From: Paraspadella gotoi
Lineage: Eukaryota; Animalia; Chaetognatha
Direction: 5' to 3'
Length of the DNA: 64,000 bases
Assembly (NCBI GenBank): GCA_051294375.1
Contig: CM119267.1
Location: 9,722,339-9,786,338 of the forward strand
The translations under genes were made by a program, and so were the position numbers. Numbering within the stretch: position 1 is the stretch's first letter; each line of letters starts with the position of its first letter. Shown in pieces: positions 1-13,108 of the stretch. The notes beneath the pieces were generated by a model that saw only the letters and a list, made by a program, of their open reading frames with translations, was not told the DNA's origin and searched no databases.

Positions 1-1943
1 GTTTGTCTTGGACGAAGGGATGATTGAGTAGGCATTTGCGTAAAGAGTGCATTAGGCTTACACCGAGAGCTTAGGTTCTTTTTGGCAACTTCACGGAGGT
101 TGTGGTGGAATATTACGGTGTATGCTCAATATATTTGAGTATAGAATCTCGTGAAATTCGTTGAGTTTGCATCACATGGACAAAGAGTATACTTGTTCAG
201 TCTTTCCGCTAACGGTAAACCGTAACCGTTTTTCTCATCTAAGATTGCGAGTCGAGCTCCAACTTAACTATACCGGGATGTATATTAGAGATGTACAGAG
301 CGTACAGAGAAGGCAAAGCACGAAATTAGAATATATTATTAACTTACTTCGTCAGTAACCATTGATTTTTTTTCTATATCACAACATCTATAGAGAGATT
401 TTATATATTAGATATAATATTATATTTTGAAGAAGGAAGCAAATTTACACATAACAGAGAAATGCAAGAAATACACTTAGATATATTCAGAATGACGCTT
501 TTGTCTGTACTGCTGGAGCAGTTGTTCGTACGAGATCTCGCTCTCCATCTACACGTCCCGACGCAAAGGTATATGAGCGATCTTCGTTTTTTTGTGGTCT
601 CTTTCACTACTCGAGCGAAGAACAGACGCTCTGCGCGGATCCGGACTTATAGTTGGCCCGCTCATGGGGCGGAGCGTACGCGCGAAGGAGTACCGTGCAG
701 GACAGTCGCCGAGAACAATGAGCAGCCTGGTCGTCCACGACCTTCAAATGGCGCGGAACCGCGGGCCCGTCATGACGTCCCGGATGCGCGGCAGAACCTG
801 CTGGTTCCGTCGCGACAGTCTTGACAGCACGCTGGTAGTCTCGCTATGCAGCGAGTCCTCGGACGCTTCGCCGTACGCTCTCTGGTCGCCGGATGAGCAA
901 GTGCCCAAGTTGGAGTCGTGTCGGCTGAAGCGAATCCAGAGAGATTCGAGATTGACAGCGAGCGGGGACCAGCTCAGCCCTTTGCGTCGCGTTGCTTAAT
1001 CGAGTAACGCGAGCCAACACGTCTTCAACTCATCTTACTTCCATTCACTTGACATCTTCTGTTCAGGACTCTTGTTCGCGTGTAAGAGAAGGATAATTAT
1101 AAGATCGCAATTGCGGTCTGGCGTTATTTATTTATATATGCATATTCTCATTAATGATATAGTGTTCTCACACGGGAAAGTTACTTATGAATGACAGGAT
1201 TCTGCGTCTATTGAACGGTAAACTTGTTCGTTTTATGGGGTGCGATCTTTTGATCTTATTTAATACAGAAGAGAACCTTATCTATATTTAATTATCTAAT
1301 TTGACATAAGCCAATCCTCCTACTTTAATTTGCATTGTTACTTTAGTTATGTGTGAAAAACTGGTCCGTCCCAGTACAAGAAATAAAAAGGTTTAAAGCT
1401 CATGAATTTCTAATACCAAACTATCAAACTTCTCGCGCAATGACTTGCATGAAATTTTTTGCGCGCGCACCCCGACTAAAAAGCAAACGCTCCTCTCGTG
1501 GAAGGTCCCCATTGCGCGAGCTGTGGAACACCCGATCACCTCAATATCAAAAGAATAGCAAAGTAAAAAAAATACCGACCTTCTAGTTACATTAGATAAA
1601 AGACCGACAAGACCTGACCACCATCCATATTGATTCTAGAGTTTATCAAAATCGAACCGAAGCCGATCGAATCCACGATAGATTTCCCACTGCAGGTCGC
1701 AATGGTTAGTTATTCCGGATTTTAATGTATTTTCCGGAGTTTCTCGTTATCCGCTCCGCGTAATTTCGGCGTGCGATCANNNNNNNNNNNNNNNNNNNNN
1801 NNNNAAAAAAAAAAAGACAAGACAAGACAGTCGCGACAAAGTTCGCGTGACAATTCATGACAATTCATGACAATCAGCGAAAGAAAACAAAGAAATCGAT
1901 TCGACTTGGGAAGGAATAATAAAGAAGGGAGAAGAAAAGAAAA

Positions 1944-1975
<32 letters not shown>

Positions 1976-2359
1976 AACGTCTACCACGGCCAAATCTTTC
2001 TAAAGATTTCATTTTATTGTGTTTCGATTTATTTTTTTTTTTAAATGCGTCCTTGCGTTTACAGCATTTTCGAGAAAGCCTGTCTTTTAAAAACGTGTCC
2101 CTCATGAAGGAGGAAGGGAAAAGATACTCTTTAACGTTTTAATTCTTAGTTGGAATGAAGTGAAAGATTATAAAATTGAAAAAGAAACTCCTGAATGAAT
2201 TTATTAAATACAGGACGCATCGCACAGTTAGATCATTTTTCTTTTTCGTCCCTCGTTCTCCGTTAGACCGACGCCATATTTTCTTTTTCATCTTTTCTTT
2301 TTTTCTTTGCGAATTTTCGATTTCATTTACATTTTTCCTCGCGGAAGCTAAAATTTCTC

Positions 2360-2401
<42 letters not shown>

Positions 2402-2792
2402 TAATAAGATTAAAAAGCAACCGGCGCTGAATTTTAAAAAGTGATTCTTCCCCTTTCATGTGCGTAGGACCAAAATTTTTAAGCTCAAATTCCTCTTCGC
2501 CTGATTAAATTTCGCCAAATTTATTTTCTTTCCTTCCGCACCTGCGACCGTCAGCAACGACGATGACGAGCGGAGGACAAAGATTAAAACCAGGACACGT
2601 TCCACGACATAGGCGGAGACAACGAGGACAGCTTTCGCTCATTTTTTTTCACTGTTTTGAACGAAATCTCCTAGTTCTTCGATCTGACAACCAAATCAAC
2701 TCGGAACACAGATCTTTCATTCCATTAACGTTCGACGACTTTTAAGTAAATGATTCGCGCTCAACTCGGAGAATGTGGAACTTAGCGCGTTC

Positions 2793-2990
2793 ATTGGTTG
2801 TTGGTGATGAAATTCTATTGGCTGATTGCGTTCCTTCGAACATCATCTTCTATTTGCATTGAATATAAAATATAGAATTTTTTTTACTATGTTATATTGT
2901 GATACGTTTATTAAAGTTTAAGTGTTTAAATAACAATAACATCCCAATTTCGCTCAAAATCTAAAACTTTTACGAACCAAGAATATATAA
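2793..2990 (+). promoter_or_regulatory. Putative G-gamma promoter (two reverse CCAAT boxes, TATA-like element)
   Basis: ATTGG at 2793 and 2817; AATATATAA at ~2982-2990, about 75 nt upstream of the ATG. Motif match only. Confidence 0.3.
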
Positions 2991-3065
2991 CGCGAACCCA
3001 GCCGAGCGAGACGAACCTTCGAACGCCGTTGTCAACTCTTCGTCCTCCTTCTTTTTCGTCGCAAG

Positions 3066-3531
3066 ATGTCGCGGGCGAGCGTCTCCAGCCGACGCGCCTC
3101 CAAAATCCTGGAACTTGAAAACGAGATCTTTCAGTTGACGAAAGAAGTGAAGACGGATCGATGGACGACTTCCGAGGTTTTGCAGGAACTCAAAAAGTGA
3201 GTCTTGTGTGTGATGGAGTCAGAGGAATAGAGAAAGGAGGCTTCAGAGTCACACACATACTAATTATTTATTAAATCTATTTGGTTTTTAGCCAAGTCTT
3301 TGACACTTTTACCGAGGGAGATACTAGTAGATAGGAGGTACTCGGATAATATCTCTGTAAATAATTTCAATAATTTTATTTCTTGTGTCTGGCCTTAAAC
3401 TATATCATTTAATAACTAATCAACTCCTCAGGTACATCGAGGCGGAACAAGAAGACGACGTCCTGGTCAAAGGCTTCAGCAAAGAAGTGAAGAACCCTTA
3501 CGAACAGGTCAAGAAGTGCGTCCTGTCCTGA
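3066..3531 (+). CDS. Heterotrimeric G-protein gamma subunit (76 aa, 2 exons)
   Basis: Exons 3066-3196 and 3432-3531 joined across a phase-2 intron (AA|gtgagt...ctcag|G). Protein MSRASVSSRRASKILELENEIFQLTKEVKTDRWTTSEVLQELKKYIEAEQEDDVLVKGFSKEVKNPYEQVKKCVLS*. It has a coiled-coil N-half, DxLVKG, an NPY (NPF-like) motif and a C-terminal CAAX box, with the size and intron position typical of G-gamma genes. Confidence 0.93.
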
Positions 3532-3656
3532 GCCGCCCCGGGCGCCAACCCTCGTTGGGCCGTCACCTCCGCGCGCTCAAGGGGATGAGGAAACCTGTTC
3601 GCTGAAGGCTCACGCGAACAATTTAGAGAACCTTGAGGAACAAAAGTGGGCGATGT

Positions 3657-3795
3657 GGAAACTAGAAAAGAAATTAATTTAACAATTCCCAGAGTAAAAT
3701 TGTTTGTATCGATGTAATGTAATGCAATGAGCAAACTAGAAAAGAAATTAATTTATCGATTGCCGGAGTCAAATTGTTTGTAACGATGTAATGTT
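3657..3795 (+). repeat. Local ~75-bp direct duplication in G-gamma 3' region
   Basis: AAACTAGAAAAGAAATTAATTTA...AAATTGTTTGTA.CGATGTAATGT occurs twice, starting ~3659 and ~3733. Confidence 0.7.
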
Positions 3796-4385
3796 TTGTC
3801 GTTGTGCTTTTTATTTTTGAAAACAAAATGATTGAAAAAGTAACACTAATGTCGGCGGGAACTGAAGAAGAAGACGACGATGATGGCGACGTAGACAATA
3901 AGAGAAAATGTGCCGACGATAACGACGACGAAGACGACGACGACCTCGATGAGTAAACAAGTACGAGTTGGAACGAATCGGAAGTTCCATTCGGAAGAAA
4001 CGAGAAAAAACAGCGGGAGGTGAGACGAGGAAGCGTGGCAAGAGGGAGTGTGATGTGGAAGAGGTTGGAGGGAGTGGGAGAATGAGATGGAGTGATAGAG
4101 GAAGAAGTGAGAGGGAGTCAAAGCCCGAAGGGGAAAGAGAAAGTGAGAATGAGAGGGAGTGATAGAGGAAGAAGGGAGTGATAGGGAGTGGGAGAGGAAG
4201 GAGGAAGGAGTTGCAAGGAGGCATGGAAAACTGGAGTGACAGCTGTGGCCGAAGAAAGAAAGTGGAGGGAGAGGGAGTTGCTTTGGAAAGAGTGAAGAGA
4301 GGGAGTGGTAGAGAAAAATTGGGAGAGTTGATGGGGAGACGAAGGGGAAAACGACGGGAAAGGATAGAAATGAGATAGAGTGGGG

Positions 4386-4416
<31 letters not shown>

Positions 4417-5174
4417 AAGGCGAAAGATGGAGAATGTTGATAGGAGGGATCGGAAAGAGTAACCCGCTGGAACCAGTGACTTCGTAAGGGAGATGTGAAT
4501 AAAGCGCTGGAGGAGTGGAAAGAGACGAGGGTTCTAAAATCATTAGTTTATCTGCGTCTCTTTAATGCAATTGAAAACGGAACCCCTCCCGCCATTGACT
4601 CTCTTCCCTTCATATTTATGCAGTCATTCTCGCCATTCTTTTTCTCTTCCTGTAATTGTTTTATAGTCAACAAAGAATCAATTTAATTACAGTCTCCCGC
4701 TCGCTCGCTCTCTCCTCTCTCTCTCTTTTATTCTTTATATCTTTCTTTTTTTTCTTCTCTAATAGTTTTCTCACTTGATGACATCCTCATTCGATTCACG
4801 AGACGGAAGAGGCTGAGAGAGAAAAGAGAAAAATGCTTGTATGAAACATTATAAATAATTAAGGGTTATTTAATTTGTTGAATAACAAACTATAAATCAG
4901 TATTGATTCGGCAAAACGGGTGAGAGAAGCAGCAAACGCAGCTTATTTTGTAAGTCTAAAGAAAAGAAAAAATGGGGACAGAAAATGATATTTAAGAAGA
5001 CTGAATTGGAATTGGAATTTGAATAAAAAACGAGACAATAAGTTAAGTGGAGAATGAGCGAAACAATAGAAGAGTGAAATAAAATGGGGAGTGAAGCGAG
5101 CGTGGCAGGAGAGCGGAGAATTGAAAGGAACGGAAAAAGGGAGTGAAAGAGAGAGAGAGTAAAAGAAAGAAAAG

Positions 5175-5258
<84 letters not shown>

Positions 5259-5434
5259 TAGAAAAGTGTGAGAAAGAGGAGGAGAGAGATGGAGTGAACA
5301 GAAAGAGAACTTGGCGCCCGTTCGTTCGTAACGAATCCCGTGGGAGAAATTCGAAACAAAACGACGTCGATGAAATCCGACGATACCGGTCATTAGCTGA
5401 TGCGAGACAGAGATGGAGATTGGAGGGAGGAGAG

Positions 5435-5510
<76 letters not shown>

Positions 5511-5519
5511 AAAGAGAGA

Positions 5520-5559
<40 letters not shown>

Positions 5560-7312
5560 AATAGAAACAAAGTGGCACCCTGAAAGATTTCTCATAAAAT
5601 TCTCTCCAGTCACATTCCGTCAGATTTGGGCGTCGGCGTTTGCAACTGTTTTGAAGAAGAACATTATCCTTATATGATTAAGATTATACACTCATTAATT
5701 ATATCAACTGTTAAATAAATGTCATTCATGTCATTCATGTGGCGGTATATTCAGAATCGCGACTAATTTTTCGCTTTTAAGAAATCTCGTTCTAACAAAA
5801 ATCCCATTCACAGGCTTAAAAGTAAAAAGTCCTCAATTTTAACAAAATTCGAGAAACGATTTTCCAAGAAATTATTTTGCTTATTTTCTACTTCGGTGAT
5901 AGGCAATCACTTACGCTCTCGCACACCGTGGCGATGGGTAACACCCGGTCACATGCAATGGCACGCGGTCGCACGCTCGAAACACCCAGACACGCCCTCT
6001 TTCCTCGCCTTTCCCTCTTCTCCTCTTTTTTTTTTATTTTTGCGTGGGCACGCGCCTTACTCCGCCCACCCACCCGGGTTCGCGCCCGCCACATCCGGTC
6101 TCCGGTTTCGTTCCCTTTTTTTTGTCAGCGCTAAACGATTTACGAGCGAAGAAAAATAGAAACAGAAAACAGAAAACAAAAACAAACAAAAGAAGAAAAG
6201 AAAAATCGGGACGCGCGAAAGAATTTCGATAGTGAGAAAAACATATAAATCTTGTGAGAAGCCGATTTCATTAGGGATCCCGGAGGAGATGCAACGAGGA
6301 TGTCATGTGTGAGAGGCATCGTCACTGGTGATGCGTGAGTTGGGGACGTCAGCAATGCTGCGGAATTTGTTTTTGGTGATAACGTTCAGAGTATACGATG
6401 GAGTTTTTAAGCGTGTGCCTTCGTGTGGATGGCTGATCGTGAAATATTACTCGCGTTTCAAAACAAACTTTTGAGTCTGATTTGTTTTTTTTTCGTGGGG
6501 AGAGAGTTCTCTTTTAAAATACTTTTTTTAAAATGCTTTTCATTCTCATCATGGAATTTTCCTTCAGTCAGTCTACAGTTTTTGTTTTCGTTTCTAGATT
6601 TTTTTTCTTCTAAAAATAACACATTTTTTTTTCTTGAGAGATGAAGTCATTTTTCTTTTCGCCCAAAACGGAAGTCTCTCTCTCAAGAATGCACCGGAGG
6701 CGCCAGCTGCTGCAGGGGCAGCGTTGGAAGCAGCGGCTCAGCAGCGGCTTATAAAGAGATAAAAGCGTTTGCCCCGATGACGACGACAAAGACTTCGACG
6801 TCAATTTGGTCTGAACTTTAACGACGAATTTCGCCCTTTTATATCTCCAAGGCTTGGGTGGATCTTAATGTGATCGTTACAGCTTTAGGCTCGGTGAAAT
6901 GAAGTCGAGGGACTTCCAAGGCAGGGACCATTAGAAGCGGAACGAAGAAAAAAAGTAGGAGAAAAATAAAAAGGAAAAAAAATTTTGAAAAAATAGGGAA
7001 GAAAAAGGAAAGAGAAATCTGGAGTCGAAACTCGGAAATGGAATTTTGAGGTGACGTCATCGTGTGGGTGAAGGAATGGGTTAAAGCGAATGGGGGCGGG
7101 GCCTGAAATGGGAAGGTGGGAGGGGCGTGGAGGATATGGCGCGGAAGAAGGTGGAAGTAAGTGAGGTAGGGTGAGAAAAGGGAAGGGAGAGAGTTAAAGT
7201 TAAGGAGAGAGAGAGAAAGAGAGAAACCGTGAAACGTGGTGGGACCGTTAAAGCTTCTCTAAGAGAGAGATAAATTTTGGCGGGTGGCAACATCAGGTTG
7301 TGGCAAGCGAAA

Positions 7313-7448
<136 letters not shown>

Positions 7449-10002
7449 CTGAAGACCGAGTTTACAGATGCACTTCTATTTGTGTTATGACGTCTGTAAA
7501 ATATTTCACTTCCGTATCACGAGATTTTCAAGTTGAACCAAAATACAATCGACGTCAGGAAACGAAAATATGAAAATAAAAAAGCGTAAAATTGAAGGAA
7601 ATTCCTTTGGGCGCCGAAGTCTGGAAAGAAAATGGCTGATGTCGCGTCTCACGAATAAAAAAGCTTCGAAAAAAGAATTCAAATCGATTTGGCGCCAAAA
7701 TTTGAACCGTATCTCCGCGTTGGAGGAAAGGGACATCTTGCCTCTTGGCTCTTTGCTCTGGTTTTAATAGATATTATACGTTAATAACCTAGCTATGACT
7801 CATAGTATGAGGTAATATTTTACTAATTTCACCAATATTTCACGAGCATTTAAATCATGTTTCAAGTCGGCGATCTCAACCAAATCTCAACCGATATTTA
7901 ATACCGTAATCACTCACGACAACAACGACGATGACGACGACGACGCTAATCCCTCTCGCCATCAAGCTTCCGCCTCCAGGTGGATCTGCCGAACCATCAG
8001 GCACCCACGTCTTTCGCGCGAGAAAAACGTCTGCTTTCCCCCCCCTCCTGCCCTTCGAAGAGAAAAGAAAATGACAATGAGAAGTGAGAGTCGGTCAAGT
8101 TCAAGAGAGAACTTACTTTGAGCTTACCCTGAAGCGGATTGTTGTTTTTCTTTGGTTCATTGACGATTGGGCTTCGCTGAAAAAGTTAGGTTTATTAGTT
8201 TGACCCCAAAACGGATCTTTACTATCTCTTCCTCCCCAGATTCTAACTCATTTTACTAACCATAACACTTTCCCTCAATTGTTTTTTTTTTTCGTTATGA
8301 TTTCTCCGCAACGCGCCCATTGCGAAGTCTCATCAACGCCTCCGCGCACCTCTCGCCCGCGCGCGTTTGCCACGCCCACCATCGACCCTGGCTGGACTAA
8401 CCGGACGGTGCTTCCTCGTCCTCGTCGTCATTATCGTCATTTTTATCTCCGTCGTCGTGGTCGTCGTCGTCGTCGTCAGCCCCAAGGTTTTTTTTCTCCA
8501 TCTCTAATCGACGTAACTCGGATCGTGTTTACCGAGGTCGATGATGGCATGACGATGCCACTCGGATGCCGCTCAGATGCCACTCTCGTGCCATTGCGCC
8601 GCCACCCATCGCGATGAGCCCCTAGGCGCCGCGATATGGCGGCCGGCGGCGGCTGCGGCGGCCTCGTTGGGAGACGGCGCCGACCTTAATCGCCGACATC
8701 ATCTCGTCTCTCGTTACCGACGAATCGAGAAGATCGTTTCGTCATTCGACGCCCGAAATATTTCTTTCCAGACCGACAAATGTCGGCCCGAATCTAGTCT
8801 CTTCTGGCCAATTGGGGGAGGGTGTCTCGTTTAAAAGCCGACATAGCCCATCTTGTCGGGCAAACGAGCGCCGTCTTCGCTCCTCCAGCTTGCCGACCAA
8901 AAACGGCGCTCGTTTAAATTCGAAAAAAACGTTTTCGACGTCGGCCATTTTATTTTTTATTTCTCCATTTTTATTTTCTTTTATTCTGGGAGAGAAATTT
9001 TCTCGAGAAGCGAATCTTAACGACGAACTTGATCTTTAACGGAACAATTCTTGGGATGGAAGATTTTTTTTTTTCGTCTCTGATAAAAAAAAAGGAGATA
9101 AAATGACATAAAATTCTCCTTTTTACGAGATGATAAAAGGCGTTTTTGGAGGGAGAGAGCGACGCTAAAGGAACTTGGGAAGACTTCGATGGAAACGAAA
9201 ACGTTAACCTACTTTTTCTTTATTCAAAGTCGTTTTTACGATGAGAGGCGATTTGCTTCCAGAGTTACATTTGAGTTACATTGAAGGCTGTGATTTGATT
9301 TTAGGGTCTTACTTTATATCAAATATAAATGAAGACGAGATTAAATGGCTGAACCTATGGTCCGATGCTTTTAGCTTTTAGATCCTAAAATTTAGGATCT
9401 CTGGAGATAAATAATTCTGTTCTAACTCATCAACTGTTAATAAAAGTAGTCCTTTTCTCTCCAAAGCCTCGTTCAGGTCGTTTTAAAATGACTATTATTC
9501 AAAGTGACCATAGTTAATATATTTTTTTACTTTCGTGAGATCTCGCGATTCACGATTCTCACATAGTACTGCAGAGAGTCATCTCAGATTTTACTTTCAC
9601 CCTTTAACTCCTCCCTCCCTATTCTCCTCTTCTTCTTGCCCCTCCTCCTCCTCCTCCTCCTCCTCCTCCCCCTCCTCCTCTCGTGTTTCTCCACCTTTTT
9701 TTTTCTTGATGACGTCGACGCTTTTGTAATTTTCTTCTTCTCCTCCGGCAGCCGACGGCAACATCGTCGGCTAAACGTCGGCCATTTCTCTCCGGAGCGT
9801 CGGCAAAATTGTCGGCGCCTTCTTGTCTGGGACTCGGATAGGCCTCGGTTGGGCCTTGGTTGGGCGTAAGCTGGGAGTCGCCTGGTAGTCAGCTGGGAGC
9901 CGGCTGGCATAGCGCCCGAACATCCGAGCGTCTGGGGACTGTGGAGCGGTAGGGAGCGAGAGAGAGCGAGAATTATTTTAAAAAAAAAGCTGAGAGAGAG
10001 AT

Positions 10003-10071
<69 letters not shown>

Positions 10072-10780
10072 GATGATGCGATTTTTCTACCAGCGAAGAC
10101 ATGAGGTCTTCATTCTCTCGAAAGGGGAGGAGAGTGGAGTGATTCTCACAGAGAGAGAGAGAGAGAGTCGATTTTCTCAAGTTTTCTTTTTGTTGTTGTT
10201 GTTGTTGTTGCTGTGATCCTTCTTCCCGGTCGTTGCTGTCGCCCTTCGATCCGTGATGAATGCGTAAACCGTCGACCTTCGGTTCCGCGTCACGTGAATC
10301 ATTTTCACGTCGGACGTTTGACCTTTTGACCTTGGAGACGACGGTTGACCGGGAAGGACTCGCTCGGTGGGGGGGGATGGAGGAAAGATGGATGGAGGGA
10401 AGGAGGGATGAAAAGGAAAGGATGGATGGAAAGATGAAAAGAAGTTAGGGAGGAAAGGAAGTAGAAAGAAAAGAAGAAGAAAGAAAGAAAAAAAAACCAA
10501 GAAAGAAAAGAAAGAAACAAAGAAACCAAGAAAGAAAAGAAAAGAAATGGAACAAGCATCGGGTTTCGGATAAATGGAAACGAAGAGGCAGAAGGAAGGG
10601 AAGGAATTCCGACTAGAATATCGAATAATGTGAGCGATAGAATATGGAGCAGGAATGAGGAAAGAAAAGAAGGAAAAAAGGAAAACCAAGCGACGCGGGA
10701 AAAGTCACGGGGAAAATGAGCTGTGAAGAAAGCGGTAAGAGGAGAAGAGAGAGAAGAGAGAGAGAGAGAGAGAAGAGAGA

Positions 10781-10822
<42 letters not shown>

Positions 10823-13108
10823 CGTAAAGTTCCTGGCATCTTGACGAAGGTTGGCCTTTCGGGAGAGGATTCTGACTGTCAAGTGTCAACCGACGAGATT
10901 GCCATTCTTGTTTTCACGTATATCCTACGATTTCTTTCCCCCCCCCCACAAGTCGCGCCCACCGAAAAATTCCACAATACGCCCACATTTCTCTTTTCCG
11001 CTCGCCCCGTGTTTTCCTTCCTCGTTTATCACGACGCAAGCGCCTCTCTCGACGTCTCGTCACAACACGTCGCCAGTCGCCGCTTCTACATTTCGATCCA
11101 GAAAAACTTCTTAACGACCTTCAGGCAAAGTTTACCTTTCGCTTTTCACAAACATTTTTTTTTTTTTTTTTTTTTTTTATTCTTTCGAATAATGAATGGG
11201 CAATTAATTATTTTACCCTCAATCAAAACAAGGGGGACATCTCGTTTGAAAAAAGACTTTAACAACGGATAACAGCAAAGACAACAGCGCTTCAACAACA
11301 ACCGTAACAACAACGGCAAGGATAACATAATCTCGTTAGAAACACTTGGTTGATTCTTCCGCGCGTTGATTTTTCTCTCCTAATTAATTATGTAAAGAAA
11401 AAAGTTGCGAGATTTTTCCTTTGGCTTTGAGGTGTGAAAGTTATGAAATTATCGTAGTAACTTTTTAGTTTAATATCTCAAAGTATGTTGTATAAAACAA
11501 AAAGATTTAAGATATTTTTAAATCGTTCCGAAACTATTAACGTCAGTAATTATTGTAAAGCATCTTATATAACTTTATAGTTCATATACACACACAGAGA
11601 GAGAGAGAGAGAGAGACAAACTTCTTTCTTTCCCGTTCCCTCACGTCTGCTTCGGAATCAAATCTAGAAAATCCTTGGAATTTTCTTTTATAAATGAGAT
11701 CACAAAAGACTCGTGCCACGCCTCCTTCTCCCTTTTCCCTTATCTCTCCTTTCTTCCCTCCCTCTCTCCTCCTCTTCCTCCTCCTCTTCCTCTTCCCAGT
11801 CTCCCGCACCCTAAGGTTTCCTCATTTCTGCATGAAAAGAGATTTCGTCCTTTAAAAATGGAATTAAATCGAATGAAGCGAAATGAAACGAACCGGAATG
11901 AATCGAAAGGAAAATGAAAAGAAAAGGAAGGGAAATGAAATAAAAAGCGAAAAGGGAAAAAAAGAAGGAACTGAAAGAAAGAAAAAGGAGGACATTAAAG
12001 ATAAGGAAAAGGAGAGAGTTAGGTGTGAAAGGAAAGCGTAATAATTATGGTGAAAACTTCCGTTCGCTTAAGTTTTTTTTTTTTAACATTTTTTTCTTTT
12101 CTTGGACTAACTTTACGAATTCAAATAAAGAGGCGACGAATCAGCGTAAGCAAAGAAAGGGAACGCTAAAAAACAAACAACTTGAGAGAGAGAACCAATT
12201 ACTCGCGTCTGGCGACTCCTTTTCTTTTCCAATTTTCTTTTTTCCTTCCCAGCAGCTCCGACAGCGAATCCTCTTCACTTTACACAACCTAACTAACCCT
12301 CTCTGTCTCACTCTCCAGTCTCTCTCCACCCAAGTTCTCTCTCACGTCCACATTTTCCAGCTGCGACAAGAGAAAAACCGTCTCCCCATTTGTTTCACGA
12401 TTTTGTCCATCTTCCAATTCCCGTCCGCGGGCACCTCTCCCCGGATTAAGCTATTTTTAATTTATCTAAACTGATTTCAATGGCGAAACAAAATTGTAAA
12501 TACATTCCATGAAAAAGTAACACTTGTTTTTCGTCGCTCATCCCATTACTTCCTTTTTTTTCTTTAACAGTATTTTCCAACTTTCTCTTACGATCGAACT
12601 GTCAAATTAAACGAAGCCCAACGATCTTCGTAAATAAATGTGTTCTTTTGTTGCTTGGTTGTTTTTTGTTGTTTTTTTTACAAAAATATAAACCAAAGTT
12701 TAGTTCTTCCCTTCTTTTTAAATTATGAATTTTTAATCACGCTTTCTGCATTGCCAGGTTAATTTATCGAGCTCACAAATAATTCTGGTAATTTTATTTA
12801 AAAAAGAACGAATATGAATTTATTTGGTTTATTATATCTGGAAAACGTAACAGCAACTACAAAGTCAACAAATAAAAATTTTAAAAAAAGGAAAAAATAA
12901 AAGAAATAAAATAAAAGAAATTTTAAAAGTTTAAAATATATGAATATATAGTGTATGTAATATGTAATGAGTACATATTCACTATGTAAGACAGAACCCT
13001 CAAACCGAACTGAATATTCAGTCTGGTCATAATCTTATGTTAAAATTTTACATTTTACGAGTGAAAATTTCGCGGTCGTCGTCATAGTTTTGACAAGATT
13101 CTGATACT

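Noticed and set aside
4897-5677. Long ORFs rich in SL/ER/RE repeats, also at 7277-7573, 10177-10889, 37366-38509 and 52068-52646
   Set aside because: Translations of (AG)n/(CT)n microsatellites and purine-skewed tracts that lack stop codons; no domain motifs.
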